From: Antedon mediterranea
Lineage: Eukaryota; Animalia; Echinodermata
Reading direction: 5' to 3'
DNA: 64,000 bases
Assembly: GCF_964355755.1 (NCBI RefSeq)
Contig: NC_092670.1
Location: forward strand, 35,080,388 to 35,144,387
The translations under genes and the position numbers were made by a program. Below, piece by piece: positions 1 through 14,047 of this stretch (positions are counted from its first letter, which is position 1; the number at the start of each line of letters is the position of its first letter). A model generated the notes under the pieces. The model was not told where the DNA came from. It did not search any database and saw only the letters and a list, made by a program, of their open reading frames with translations.

Positions 1-1439
1 AGATTGTGTACAACCTTTGATCAATTATTTAACTTATATATTATACAACAATTGTAACGAAAAATAAAATGTTTATTATTATTCTGTATCTAATTTTGTA
101 TATTTTGACAATAAATTATCCTATAGTATTATTTAATAAAACAAAATATTCCCTACAAACTAATAAACTGTGCTTAACTTCCCACTTCACTTTTTGCGGT
201 TGCATGCTGCTGCTGTTGTTGATTCTTCTTACTCCATGATACTAGGTGTGAGTAATACCTAGGCCTACCAGTCTAATCAATAATCGTCTTTAATTAACAA
301 ATAACGTGACATTTTTATTGTTTAAGCATTTATACAATCTGGTTATTGCGTAGCTAAAGTAGGAGTCGGAAAAAACTGCAAAACTGACTGATTTCATATA
401 CGTACTCAGCAGGGGCCCATTCGTCACGACGTGGATCATCATGATCATCATAACAGTACCTCCTCCTCCACAATCATGATGATTTAGCCTAGGCCTAGGC
501 CTAACCTAGTAGGCCCACCAAGCCAAGGCCCCCTACTATCTAGCCAGGGTAGATAGGACTAGCCAGATAGAGGTCTAATACTATTATATAGACCTAGGCC
601 TAGATTAGCACAGGCCTATACATATCATATGTAATATTAATTATGTATTATTACGCCATGTATTAACTAGGCCTATTATAGAGATGATACAGGGCTGAGC
701 CCGAGTTTACCTTACTTGTTGAGGCAAAGTTTTGGGCTTTGTTGGTTAAGCTGAGTTGACTAGCTGAAAAAATGGTTTGATCAAATTCCAAAAACTAGGC
801 CTAGGCTATAATTGGCATGGCCATTTATAATTTTATATTTGTTGGCGTGGTTTGTCAATTTGTATTTTCTATTAATTAAGCACCATTGAGTGGCAATAAT
901 ATTGGATGTAGTTAGTGGTGGGTATTGTATTTATTATTTAGTAATTATCACATTGATATTTAATTTCTATTTGTATTTTTTTCCAGATTTTTTCTCAACA
1001 TGTTGTGAGGTAATTTCCCGATTGATCGTAATCAAAACGGTACTGGGTTTGGTCTACTAGCGTTCCTGCTCCCAACCAGTACATCCATTCATAGAAGCTT
1101 TAATGAAGTAAGCCTACCTGGTGGTAACCATAGAAACATAGAAACAGTAACACTGTAAATAACACTGAGATACAGAAAATGGTGAATACACACTTAGTCT
1201 GCTCTTCTATTATTTTTCGATGAATGCCCTTTTCGTCGTGGATGGTCTTAAGCCTAGCCTGGTTTTGTTTTGATCGCAATAGACTTGTATAGTAACTATT
1301 TATTTTTACATAAAATGCATTTTGTGATCTTAAATTAGATTCAAAACGTAGGGAAATGTGTCTTTAACAATTAAATATACAGTAGTTGGTAAGCCAGTCA
1401 TTTTCTGCTGTTGCTGATAGTTTTCCTGTTTGGTTTAAC

Positions 1440-2830
1440 CATGGATTAAAGAATAGAAGGATATGCATCGACGTGAGATCAAGGGTTCCTTGACTCTCGC
1501 CGACAGACCGCGGACCGCCCACAATGTTATCAGTTTAATTAACCGCATGGTAACAACGAAACGGTCGCGTGCCTAATATATTGTTTACTGCACAGTCATG
1601 TGCAACGATATTTGACCTTGTTGGCTACGCTTCTTTCGCGCGTTCTTTGGTGGCATGATGTTTTAGCGCTAGCATTAGCAACAATGGCGACGAACAATTT
1701 ATACGACGACGAATTTAGTTATAACCTTTCTGATGAGGAATTGTAGATGCTATAATTGTAATTAGTATAGGTTTCTGCCACGATTGATCTACGTTAATGT
1801 TTTTATGACATTAAAGTAGCATTTTATGACCTGTAGTAGCCCTACATCTGAGACAAAACTATTTGTTGTCTCAGCCTACATGTAAAATTACAAAATCAGC
1901 AAGGATACTAGGCCTAGGCTTTCTAGGCTTACTAGTAAACCATATGATTTGCCGACATTGATACTGCCTAGGTAGGCCTAGGCTAATCTTAAGTGTAGTA
2001 GATACAACGTGTAATCATGATCTATATACTCACCGTTGTCTTACTTCTTGTGTGAATAATAATAGGTACTTCGTTTGTTCGTGATTAAGTTTGCCCTGCG
2101 TGTACTTTTCAAAACGACCGCTAGGTAACGAATCGCAACTATACATAGCCAGCCAATCCCGGATCAGGGATCGCTGTTTTCATTCAATTAGACCCGGTGA
2201 TTGGATGTGATGTGGATGACATAACCACTAGCCAACCACCAGGCACTACAATTTAAATATAATCACATCGATAATTAAGGAGATTTAGGAAGAAACCACT
2301 GCTTAGCCATATATTAAAAACATGATTGTTGTATGGGTGAACACCGGCCACGCTAACAGCATACATGGTCAAATGCATAATTTAATATTCTATAGATTAA
2401 CGCAATTTTTAATGACAGAAGATGGCAGGCAAACAATGATAATTCAAATATAAAAATTGCATATTTTATTAATATTACCAACTACTTAAAATTACCAGTC
2501 GTAAGAAAGTGAACTTTTCGTAGTCCGATGGTGATGAAACTAAAACAGAATTATTTTTTAAAAATATTTTTTTTTGTCAATTAATCATCGACGCAGACAT
2601 GTCAATAGAACATTCAGACTGCGCATACGATTTCTACATGGTTACGTTTTGGTCTAAAAAAATGTAACAGTTGATTCGCAGCGTTTTACAGAGGACCGCG
2701 GTTAGAGACACGGAGTTCAATGAGCATGCTTGTTTGATTGGCAGCAGTGCTTTAGTATAGGCAAGCGCGTTGGAAAATCGTTTGATGTCACCGTCGATGC
2801 ATATCCTTCTATACTATTCTTTAATCCATG
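1440..2830. mobile_element. Non-autonomous P-element-like DNA transposon
   Basis: TIR CATGGATTAAAGAATAG..AAGGATATGCATCGACG at both ends. 7-bp TSD GTTTAAC at 1433-1439 and 2831-2837. Confidence 0.75.
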
Positions 2831-3696
2831 GTTTAACACAAAAACTACTACTAGTCTACAGATGAAATCATGTTTTATTTTGTTTATTAGTTTATTTCAG
2901 ATAGTGTATAATAACTTTTCATTACAATACAAGAAATCTTATCAACTTATCATATCAAGGTTTTATCTTTTTATCAACTAAAACCATTTCATTTAAATAT
3001 TTCAAAACAACACAGCTGCCTGTTACAAAATTTACAGTACATTTACTGCATATACTGCAGTAATTTCAGTAGGATTTTTCTTTCAGAATCTTTATCTTAA
3101 CAATCAATAACAGTTTTGCTAGTATATATTTATCTAACAAAGCAACTATGTATAATATAATAATATATATTTTAAGAAATATTCGCTCTATGCTTTAAAC
3201 AGGATCAATATTATTTACAAACTTCTTAAAAAATAAATTACAATATTTACAACTTATAATATTATTTCTGCTAACTATAAATTATATATTGTTTTAATAG
3301 GGATATTTATTTGTAATAATACCACTTGCTTCATTTGTGACACAAAATAAAAAATATATTACTAATATTGATATACAGTAAACATGTTTCATATCATGGC
3401 ATTTAAACATAACCGTGGCAATATAAGTAGAAAGAGCATGGTTACAACATTTTTTAGCCAAAAATAATATTTGTAAAGTGGCAGACATTTCATCTTATAG
3501 ATTCATAGAATATGTTAGTCATATTAAAAATCTTTTTTAACTTTTAAAATACCTTTTCTTTCTTTAACATTATTATAATGATACAGAAACACTGATAAAA
3601 ACAAAGCAATATTATTATAATTAGCCCACTACCACCAAAAATCCAGCACACATTCTTCCCCGCCCTTGCCCCACCCATAATCTGTTTGATTCTTAA

Positions 3697-4039
3697 AAAT
3701 ATATTGTCCCCTTGAAAATTATTTTTTATAAATTTGTTTGTTGAATATGCCATTTTAATATCACATAATAGTTATTGACTTTGATCAAAAATTGGATCGA
3801 AAAATAAAAATTATTTACCTGAAAAAACTATTTTAAAACAAAAAAAATAGTCAAATTTGCTACTACCAGCCAATAGGTGTTTGGTTGATTTAACCTTTTT
3901 GTCTTTTTTTATAAGTGAAAACATTTTTTTTTCGTTCGTTTTTCTGCGGAAGTGCTTAACTTTTAAACTACAAAATGGCCTATTCAAAATCTGATTTTAT
4001 TAATCTTAATTTTTCATGTTTTTGGGGGACAATACATCT
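3697..4039. mobile_element. Kolobok-like MITE, degenerate copy
   Basis: Colinear with 5795-6127. Ends ATATTGTCCCC and GGGGACAATACATCT. Confidence 0.7.
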
Positions 4040-5093
4040 TCATGATTAGTATTAATGTTATTATTTCCATACCTATCCTGCCATCTTTCTGTGTATTTTA
4101 TGGATCCACCACTATTATTCTTAATGACCCTAGTAACCATACAATAGATTACAGTAAAAGAATGCTGTATTAAGCTGAAATATTTGAATTTGCCCACTAT
4201 TTTAGAATTTCACAAAAGAATATATATTACTGATTTAATGCTCAATTGATTTCACCATTTTCCTTTTGATTTCTTTCATACCTGTAAAGCACAAGATTTA
4301 GACCTTTATCGTGGGATGAACCACTGAGCTTATTAGGTTTCGAAATATATATCTTGTTTATTTTAATTCATAAAAAAGGATTGAATTCTTTATTTATATC
4401 AAAGCAAGCCGCAGAAAAACAGTTTAATATTGTTGAGTAATGTTTGCCTACAAACACCTAGTAATTGTTACCACAATCATGTAAAAATTTCTGATGCATT
4501 TTTGTGACCCAGGCTGGAAATCATATTTACACATGTGCTTGGACTAAATTTTTGCCATCAGATAATAGTAAATTGTTAAAAATAAATATTAAAATATTTT
4601 CTGTTTTAATTACATTTTTCATAGTTGACACTCAGCAAAGTTTAAATATAAAGTTATTTAAAATTTCTTAATATTAATATTATAGTCGTCAGCAATGTGC
4701 TGTTCCGTCAACCTATTGTACTTATAAGTAAATTATACTTAAGATTTCCAAATGGTATTATATTTTATTTGTAAACTGAAAGATTGATAAATTATGTAAA
4801 AAAATTCCCATTTCATCGTTTACAATCAACTCTAATTATAAACTCACTTTTAAAAAGATAATTTATTTATGATTGATTAAAAACATTTAAACACAAAGTT
4901 TTATTTGCCAACAACCTCCGCCATTTAAAACAGAAATTTTGTTTATTTAAACAATTATAAAGGTTGCTAAACCCATTATCAAACAGGATGGAGAAAATGT
5001 TATTTTAAAGTCTTATCCTTTATACATGTATATAAACTTATTTTTGTTTAATAACTAAACATTATTTACCATAATCAAATAATTAGTAACTTA

Positions 5094-5310
5094 AGCCTGG
5101 TTTCCATTAAAATCGCTACACGTGCTGATGTCGCCGACGCAATCGGGAAAGCTCCCCGATTCATCGCAGTCAAATCGGCAAAGTTCAACCATATGGTTCA
5201 ACTTTGCCGATTTTGTCGGCGATGAATCGTATACGCGTACCAAAGAATATTTAGCACTCGCGTACTAGATCCCCGATAAATTCTAGCGTTTCCATAGAAT
5301 CGCTACGCAA
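5094..5310. mobile_element. Truncated Harbinger-type MITE with internal palindrome
   Basis: TTA|AGCCTGGTTTCCAT terminus. Internal palindrome AATCGGCAAAGTT..AACTTTGCCGATT near 5173-5212. Other end not found. Confidence 0.5.
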
Positions 5311-5794
5311 AAACTGTATAAATTTGATAACTAATATGATATATTGATTTTTTTCAGAGAATATACAATTATCAATAAAATATAATTTTAATACAAATAT
5401 ATACATTTAGATAAATAGGTAAAATACTCTCTTTGGTCTAAACTCGTGCCAAATCAATCAAATGCATTTCCGTCGTCGAAAGAATTTTTGCCAAATTTGT
5501 CCATCTTTTCATTCCCATGTTTTACAACTTATTTGTGTAAAATTGTGATTAACTTAGCTAAAATAAACTTTATTAATTGATTGGGTCAATCCAGTATCTG
5601 GAATTATTAGTGATGTTATTTTAAGTAAGTCAGCTTAAGTAACCTATTTTTTTTTAGATGATGACAAATTATAGATTTGTCTCACAGAATTGACCTTGTA
5701 AAGAATAGATATTGTTTTGTAGAGAGGTAGAAAATTGTTTGACTTTCTAGTATCTTGCAAATTTTTTTACTGAATTTTTCACAGAATGGTTTAA

Positions 5795-6127
5795 AGATGT
5801 ATTGTCCCCCTGAAAAAATAATTATTAAAACAATTTTTGTTGAATATTCCATTTTAATGTAACATAATAGTTATCCACTTTGACCAAAAATTGGATCGAC
5901 AAAAAATTTATTTACCTGAAAAAAATGTTATGTAAAGCAAAAAAAGGTCAAATTTGCTGCCAGCCAGTGGAATTTTGGTTGAATTTAACCATTTATTGTG
6001 TCATTTTATAAGTGAAAACGTTTTTTTTTTATGGAAGTGATTAACTTTATTAAAACTACAAAATAACATATTCAAAGTTTGATTTAATTAATCTTCATTT
6101 TTCATGCTTTTGGGGGACAATACATCT
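5795..6127. mobile_element. Kolobok-like MITE, complete
   Basis: TIR AGATGTATTGTCCCCC / GGGGGACAATACATCT with TTAA on both sides. Confidence 0.8.
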
Positions 6128-7004
6128 TTAAGATGTTACTGGTGCCCACCCATGTTAAGTTAGGCGTACTGAATCATGGGTACACGCTCCCTCCTCCCCC
6201 CCCCCCCCATTCTTTATTATGAAGATGGAGTTATGAACTACTTTTTGATATTTAAACTATATGTTTGACAAACTTGTTCTGCTATGGATCTGCTTCTGCG
6301 CATAATTACTTTGAATGTCATGTACAGTAGGAGTAAAATAAATCATGAAATGTTGCTGCCGCGAACACAGATGAGGGTGGCCTGAAACAATACTTCAATC
6401 TAAAACTTTACACCATTTTCTGAAGTTTTAATGGGTTAAGCTACCTTCATGTTTGTAAGTAATATCTAAACAGCTTAAATAACAATTCAACCCGGAAATA
6501 TACCATATTTAGTACTAATATAGATTTGCCCGGTTCGTTTTTGTAAGCGTTGGATGCCTTCCAAATTAACTTATTACAAATATATCTGGAATTTGTTTTG
6601 GTGTTGGATTTTGTCATTGTCCTAAGCTTCTTAAATATATTCTACTTGATTACTAATCTAATCCATCCAAACCTTATTACAAACATATCAGGAATTTAAT
6701 TGCTTGGGGGTTTTTTTTGTCATCCACATAAGCTTCCGAAAAAACTACAAATATTTTAAGTGGATTTTGAATGAAAATGTGATTATTATTCATAATGATC
6801 TTTCTAATCTAATACATTTTTTTTCATTGGAGTAGGATCAGAGATTTGTGAAAACAATGAAGAATTTATTAAGAACATTAACCCCAATAATCTTCTGTAT
6901 TTTCCCTTCATAGAAGAATGAATTTAAACACAGATGCATAAATCATGTGTTTTTAATTATCTGTTAACTGAAGGATAAACTAAAGCTTCTATTGAAGGAG
7001 AATG

Positions 7005-7691
7005 AATACTATTTCAAGACAAAATGTATATATTGATATAAATGTTTTCATTGACGATAAAGTAATTGGACAGTAAAAAAAATATCCTTTGGGACAATAT
7101 TTAGAGGACACATGTCCGTGACATAACCCCTATTTAGGGACCCCATTACTAGGTGCCTAAAGCCGATTTTCCACTTGGCGAATTTGTTCGCAAGAATCCA
7201 ACGTTTCGAAGAGAAAAAAATCGCCTACTCTCTTTCCACTACATGAGCGAATAGCTGCGACGTTCATGTTCCTCGCGTGGTTGCTGAGCATTTCGATTTG
7301 CATGAGTGCTCATGAAAGCGTCATAGCTCATTTCCTGAGCTCTGATTGGTTGCGCAATATTTCGCTTCGCAAAAAGTAGAAACAATTCGAACTAGTAAAT
7401 TTCGCTGAAGCGAAAAATCCAAGAAACTAGAATTCGTCGAAGAAGGCAGTATGACATACAGAAACGCGAATACGCATGTGCATAGCATGACGCTATCGAT
7501 TCGCGCGAACAAATTCGCCAAGTGGAAAATCGGCTTTAGGCACCTAGTAATGGGGTCCCTAAATAGGGGTTATGTCACGGACATGTGTCCTCTAAATATT
7601 GTCCCAAAGGATATTTTTTTTACTGTCCAATTACTTTATCGTCAATGAAAACATTTATATCAATATATACATTTTGTCTTGAAATAGTATT
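7005..7691. repeat. Perfect inverted repeat, 187-bp arms (7005-7191 and 7505-7691)
   Basis: By eye the arms are exact reverse complements, with a 313-bp spacer. Confidence 0.9.
7161..7535. mobile_element. Harbinger/Tourist-type MITE at the centre of the inverted repeat
   Basis: TIR AGCCGATTTTCCACTTGGCGAATTTGTTCGC, flanked by TAA/TTA, GC-richer interior. Confidence 0.7.
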
Positions 7692-9214
7692 AGGTGTTTA
7701 TGTGTTTCATTATTTAGTGTTCTACTGTATTAAAGATATGCTCTAAATAATCTAATTAATTGCATCTAGTTTATAGTAAACTTTTCATTTTTAAATTCCT
7801 ATTCTGAATGTTTTTTTCTTCTCTTGATAACACCAAACCATAGACTGGAGATTTGCCATTTTGTACCAATTTAAAATTGGGAATTAAAATATATAAGTTT
7901 ATATAAATTTAAATAATTAACAACTAAAACACATATATATAATATAAACCTTTAAAATCATATAATATAATATAGTTAAACTATTAACATATATTTTAGT
8001 TAAACACACAGCCTATGACAATTCTATTTCAGAAAGGTTATCACAAATAATTTATTAATTTAATGTTCAGCATTCTGTATTAATGATATTTCTACAAATT
8101 TAACAATTAAGAAGCCAGTTTGGACATATTGCCCGGTGTATAACGCTTTTCACCCCTTGAAACAGACCAAACCCTTTTCAGGGGCACTTGTTGGGTCCTA
8201 AAGAGGTGTTTGTTTAATATGGGTTCTATATACTCATCATTTAGGTAGCCTATGTGTGTTTTAGTAAGAGCCGTATGTAGAATTTATTAGCCCAACTTTA
8301 ACACCTATTCTTTAAACTCTTCAAAATGTAAGGTCTAAACTCGTCTAGACATACATATTTGATATGACAACATTTAATGTTTACTGTAATAAAAAATAGA
8401 TTCAATCATAAATTATATAAATGATTGAAATTTGATCAGTAAAAAACATTTTTCCTGTGTGAAGATTTCCTTTTACCGAATCTCTCTCAATCTTGATTCT
8501 GTTTAAAGATTACAGAAAATGTTATTGCCTGATAACCAGAAATGTTGTAATTTATTATATATTTACCCTTCTCCTATCCTTACAGATAGAGGTCATGATG
8601 TCTAGACATTGAGGGAGAAAAGTTATCCTTGTAGTATTAATGTAATACTAGGTAGGTACTGTATAATATTATATAATGGGTATGGCATGCCAATAGTGCC
8701 AAAATTGTAGCCTAAGATTGGTCTCGTTGTTGAGCATGATTCAATTTCTAAATATGTATTAATTAAAGCCTTTTAAATATAAATATTTAAGCATTTTTTT
8801 GTTTAACAGTTTTCTCAAAGTTATAAAAAGTCTACTTCAGCTGTTATGCAAGATAGAGTGTCAAACCCTTCAAAGGTAATTATAATTTGTTTTTCATTTA
8901 ATTAGTATGATAGATATAAACTTAACACTAATTCTACAAACTCTGAATTATGTAATCTAGTGTGGTGATACTGTACACCACTGATTGCATTGGGTAACAA
9001 TCTGTCTTGCTTGCAACATCAGGATCTAGTGTTTGACCACATCCTGATCTCATCTTCTGGCCACGATGTTTTAGCAGGAAACCAAGGGCCGGAAATCTCT
9101 TCAGTAATCTTTCCCAGATTAGGCACATTCTGATAGAATACTCATCAGATCACATAGATCAATTGTTAATCTTGTGTGAGCTTGGTGTGTTGCATGATTC
9201 CAACGTTGTAATCA

Positions 9215-9540
9215 CTATCGTTTACTGACAACTAATTCAAATGCTTTCGGGACCAAATCAAAATGCACATCAGCATCCAAAACCGGTTCTGCATTTTGCG
9301 GCAGTTTTATGTGGAATCGCTGTAAGATGAACGCTGCCAACAGGAATATTTCAGATTTTCCAATGTTCTTTCCAAGACATGCTCTACGACCGGTAGAAAA
9401 GGGCATGAAATGTGGGAAGTCGTTCAGGTTACGCATGTCACCATCGGTATCTAAGAAACGCTCCGGTGAGAACTTGTTTGGTTCGTTCCAAACCGTTTTG
9501 TCATGGTTTATTGTCCAGAAATTGGCCATTACTTGGGTGT
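9215..9540 (-). CDS. Cytochrome P450, last coding exon (PERF and heme-binding Cys)
   Basis: Acceptor TTTATACAG. Reads DTQVMANFW...FSPERF...PFSTGRRACLG to the stop at 9215-9217. Joined CDS 898+150+105+326=1479 nt, in frame. Confidence 0.96.
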
Positions 9541-9954
9541 CTGTATAAACAGAAAATAGACATTAAATTGAAATGAATTATTTGGTCAAAAAAATGCTTA
9601 CTTTTTTGAGGCTTAATTGTAATGATTTTTTAAAGCAGTAGAAGGGTTTAAAAAGGTTTGTACTTTATGTGGATTTTGTCATGACAGTACTCTAGAACAC
9701 TCTAGTAAATTGGCTATTCCTGTAAACACAAACAAGTAGCATTTAATGTTTTTCACACTAGGGCAACCCCTATTTACTGTAGGGAACACCCCTATTAATG
9801 TGGTACCTAAATAGGAGTTTACTCTATTATTAATTAATAACATTCGCATAATTTACTTATTAAGGAAAGTTAGAAATGTTTCTAAAGTAAAGTCTTGTGA
9901 TACGGACTAGTTGTGAAGGGGGGGGGGGGGGTAGGTGGGTGGTATGAGAATTAC

Positions 9955-10059
9955 CTTTTGGAATGTAGTAACCACCTATCGTGGTGTCTTGTGTGGCAGA
10001 GTGGGGTACACCCAGTAGCGATAACGAACTGTACCTCAATGTTTCGTAAACTGTTGCAC
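9955..10059 (-). CDS. Cytochrome P450, third coding exon (K helix ExxR)
   Basis: Acceptor TTCATTTGCAG, donor GTAATT, 105 nt. Hand translation CATVYETLRYSSLSLLGVPHSATQDTTIGGYYIPK. Not in the supplied ORF track. Confidence 0.95.
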
Positions 10060-10576
10060 CTGCAAATGAATAGAAATATTAAAATGTTATTTATTTATGG
10101 AAGTGATAAGATAATATTTGGCTGAATAACCACATAACATGCTGTATATTAATATATTGATAATCAAAAATTGATTTTATACATATAAATATAAATAATT
10201 CACATAAAAACAAATCATAACATGCATAAAATACAAATACAGAAAAGGGCAAATTAAATTATTGCATACATCTGCACACCCCTGATTTGCAAATACACTG
10301 TACCAGGGTTTTTGTCAGAGACACAAACACTTTTCGCAGCTATTTTGGTTTTGGTTTGGCTATTTTCGTAGTCCAGAAGGCATAGACTAGAGATTCCTCA
10401 AAACGTGGGTACCAAAATAGTCTTCCCTATTTTTCTAAAATATCTTTCTTAACAAGGATATCCCAAAGGGGGAGTTTACCCTACCTCCTTCTAGATTGTC
10501 TAGATAGAAAAACATCTGAAGTACTAAAAATGTGTAATGGAATGTATAAAATATCCTTTTTTATCCATTGACTTAC

Positions 10577-10726
10577 ATAATAAGGGAAGTTTTTTCTCAT
10601 CCATTATTGTTGGTTTTGTGTCTCCAAGAACCTCATCCATTTGCTTCTGGATTTTGGATTGTACTTCTGGAAATGCTGCCATGTACAATAACAACCACAG
10701 TAAGGCTGTCAGAACAGTGTCCATAC
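10577..10726 (-). CDS. Cytochrome P450, second coding exon (I/J helices)
   Basis: Acceptor TTTTTATTTGAAG, donor GTAAGT, 150 nt. Completes AGMDTV and reads ALLWLLLYMAAFPEVQSKIQKQMDEVLG. Confidence 0.95.
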
Positions 10727-12628
10727 CTTCAAATAAAAAGAGATGAGGCCAAATTAAGCACAGAGCTTAGGCTGCAAAAGAAGCTTAAGCTGCAGAGGAA
10801 CAGTAGCACATTATAAAAGAAAATAAAACTTTCAGGCCTACAATTAAATTAATCGCGCAAAAATACCCTATGACAACCAGGATGACATCAATTGTGTCTA
10901 TTAAAAGTCATACTATTTTATGAGTAATGTGTTTTACTACTAGCTGGTAAATTTAGAATAGGCCAGGATAATGTCAAATCCTTTTAAAAGTAAACATTAC
11001 TACTCTACTTCATTTGCTATGTTATAATTTGTTTAAACCATGTTTCAACCTTTCAACAGTGACTTTAAATGTAAAAATAAATATGTTGAGCTATTTTCGT
11101 TTAAATTATTGAAATAATTAGGTTTGATATTTACATTTATATGTAGGAGAAGTCTGGGAATGAGGCTAATAATGGACAGAGTTTATCTGAGTTTGGGTTC
11201 TTTATAGTGTGTCGTGCGGAAGTTTGTTTTGGCAAGCCCTGTGTGTAGGATTTTTTATTTTTTTATTTTTTTTGGAGTAGTGGAGATTTAATTATTGTCA
11301 TCTTGAAATTGATACATCATAGAACCAATACCTAGGTTAGTGCCATTAACATATTACATAGAAAATAATTAAATATGAGAGTATTGTATTTTAAACATAA
11401 ATGTTTTTATAATACTAATAGTTTTGCAAACTCTGTATTAAGGACAATTTAATTAATTCTGTACTATTTTGTAATCGTAACTGTCCGATAAAGGTCTACA
11501 TTAAACAAAATAAAATCATCATTACATTTTATAAATATAGTTACTGCAGTAATTTAATTTTAAATGCAAAGATTTATGAGAATTATTGTTATACTAAAAT
11601 TATGTTATTTTAATTTTTAAGTTTTCCAATGATTATTTTTTGTAAGGAGGATTTTCTTTAAAGCGTGGTTCCCACTAACGACGCAACACAAGGACGTAAC
11701 GCAACGCAAGTGAATTGACCAATCAAGTCAATTAAGACATAATAGAGGGTTTAGAATTAGGTAGAATCCTTTTTTTTTTTAAATGAATCCAATACACAGT
11801 AACCATAACCTAATTGAAAATTGTGCCAAGGTCTGTTTGTCTAGCCTGCATATAAATAAATGATTTTTATGTTATTGAGAGATACCAATGAGCTTACTTC
11901 AGATCTTGCGATTGATATAGGCAGGTTAGCTAATCACACTGTGATCGGTATGTACATGACTATTACATGTATTTTGCCTCTGTCCCAGATTATGTGAACC
12001 TTCAGTGTAATCCGCAATGGATGCGTAAGATTGTTATGTTATGAATGTGAAATATACCGCAATTTCTTTAGCGTTTGCCGTATGGAATTTTTGGAAAATA
12101 TTTTGTTTAATTTCTTCATGAAAATAATTGGAACAAATTCCTGAGTTTTCTTTTCAATCACTATAATCACTTATATATAATTACATTATCTATATAGTAT
12201 TTGCTGTTTGTATGAATTGCTAATCCTAGGTTTGGGGATATGGCCCTTAGACTATACAGTAGCAAGATTTGAATTGGAACTATGGTGTCGTAATGTAAGA
12301 GAAACATCTCCCATCACCACACAAACATTAAAAATAATTGATTAAAAAAAACATTTTTAGAAAATGTAACTAATTTGTAACTACAATACAAATATTAAAT
12401 GTAAATTCTAATTTCAAAATATAAATACATTTAGGAGACTGAATTTATTTTCCACAATATAAAACTAAATAGATGAAATGAAAACTTAAATAAAATCATT
12501 TACTAAACAAAAATTGTAGTAAATTTTGACTACACATTTTCAACAGTAAGAAAGTTTCCTCTATTAAACAGTGCATAGATTTATACAAGTTTAACAATAT
12601 AGTTAATGCAAAGGCAAATAATGTTTAA

Positions 12629-12762
12629 AGCTCTGTCTACACTATCAAACTAATTTGACCAAAAAAGTGTCCAAATATGGTAGTGATATATTTAAATATG
12701 GTAGTGATATGACATCATCATGTCCATATATGGGCACTTGACATTTTTTTGTCACATAAAGT
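12629..12762. mobile_element. Tourist-like MITE (AGCTCTGTCTACACTATCAAACT family), right end missing
   Basis: Same TIR and internal TATGGTAGTGATATG repeats as the complete copies. Confidence 0.75.
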
Positions 12763-13045
12763 GTAAGATTGGGTTTTAATGTTGTATGTAATAAGTATGA
12801 TGACTGCTCATCTGTACATTGTAGCACCCCTCTGAGAGAGGCGTTATTATGTAGACCTATCTGATAGATCACAGTATGATACCATTCATGTTGATATTAA
12901 ACTTCGTAGAGGTTACTTAAGTTACTGTGAGTTAGCGATTATTGTCATATTTTCATGGGAATTAATAGCTCTATTCTAAGTTCAAGAAACCCAGTATTTT
13001 TGTGTGATTTTATTTGTGAAGTCTTACAATTCATAGTTTGCATAA

Positions 13046-13184
13046 AGCTCTGTCTACACTATCACACTCTATGTGACAAACAAATGTGATGTCATATCAC
13101 TACCATATTTGGGTATATCAATACCATATTTGGGCACATCACATTGTCAATTTGTCAAACTAGTTTGATAGTGTAGACAGAGCT
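13046..13184. mobile_element. Tourist-like MITE, complete
   Basis: TIR AGCTCTGTCTACACTATCA / TGATAGTGTAGACAGAGCT, TAA TSD on both sides. Confidence 0.85.
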
Positions 13185-13367
13185 TAAGGCTTGTATGTAT
13201 TGCAACAATATGTTACACTCATGCATTACCCACAAGCTGATGAGAATAGCCAGCTCAATAAGTAAACCCATTGTTGTTATGCTTAAAAATGTTAAACTTT
13301 TTTTCAGTTCTGGACTACATGGTGTTAATCGGGTGTTGACGTACTGCTGTATTTTTCTTTTGTGTAA

Positions 13368-13640
13368 GGGCTTGTGGCGCAGTGTGTTCGACGTTAGACT
13401 ACTGATCGTGAGATCATGGTTTGAATCCCAATCTCGCCGCATTGCTTGTATCCTTAGGCAAGATACTTTACTTACGTTTGCCTCACCCAGGTGTATAAAT
13501 GGGTACCCAGATAGATCAAGGCACAGCTTTTCGCTGATTACTACTGTAGCTGCATTATGGGACTAGGTTTCCATCGTGTTTGGTAACAAATGCCTGGAGT
13601 AGTAATGTGAAGCCCTTAGAAGCATTGTGCAATAAGTTTA
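13368..13640 (+). mobile_element. tRNA-derived SINE with CORE-like central domain
   Basis: A box TGGCGCAGTG and B box GGTTTGAATCC, then CCTTAGGCAAGATACTT...CACCCAGGTGTATAAATGGGTACC. The 3' end is approximate. Confidence 0.7.
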
Positions 13641-14047
13641 CACACACTGGGATGTCAGCACCAACGTTTTGTATTGTGTGAAGTTTGTAGAAGATGTGTA
13701 GGCTGATTTAAGGAGGAGATAGGGGAGGAGAAGGCAGTGCACAATTTTAGGTTAAGTTCAGCTCTTTTTTCTACATATTTTTTATGCCTCATCTCACCCC
13801 ATTTCAATCATTGATTCTGCACTAATGGGTAACCGGTAAACAAGCTTGGCTCTTACAGTTATCCATACCAGCATATCCTTTATGTACTGAATATGAAATG
13901 GTAAATAAATTGAGACTGAGACTGAAATGCTTGGATTCCTGACAGGATTTTTTCTCATAACCAAAAAAGCTAGAAACACAAAATACAGTAGTTATTTCAT
14001 CGTGTTTGTAGTATACAAACTTATAGTGGTTTAATCTATAAGCTATT

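Noticed and set aside
8934-9128. ORF downstream of the P450 as an extra exon or gene
   Set aside because: It follows a normal P450 C-terminus and stop, so it is most likely 3' UTR.
9309-10816. Plus-strand ORFs overlapping P450 exons
   Set aside because: Antisense shadows of the real exons, with no recognisable domains.
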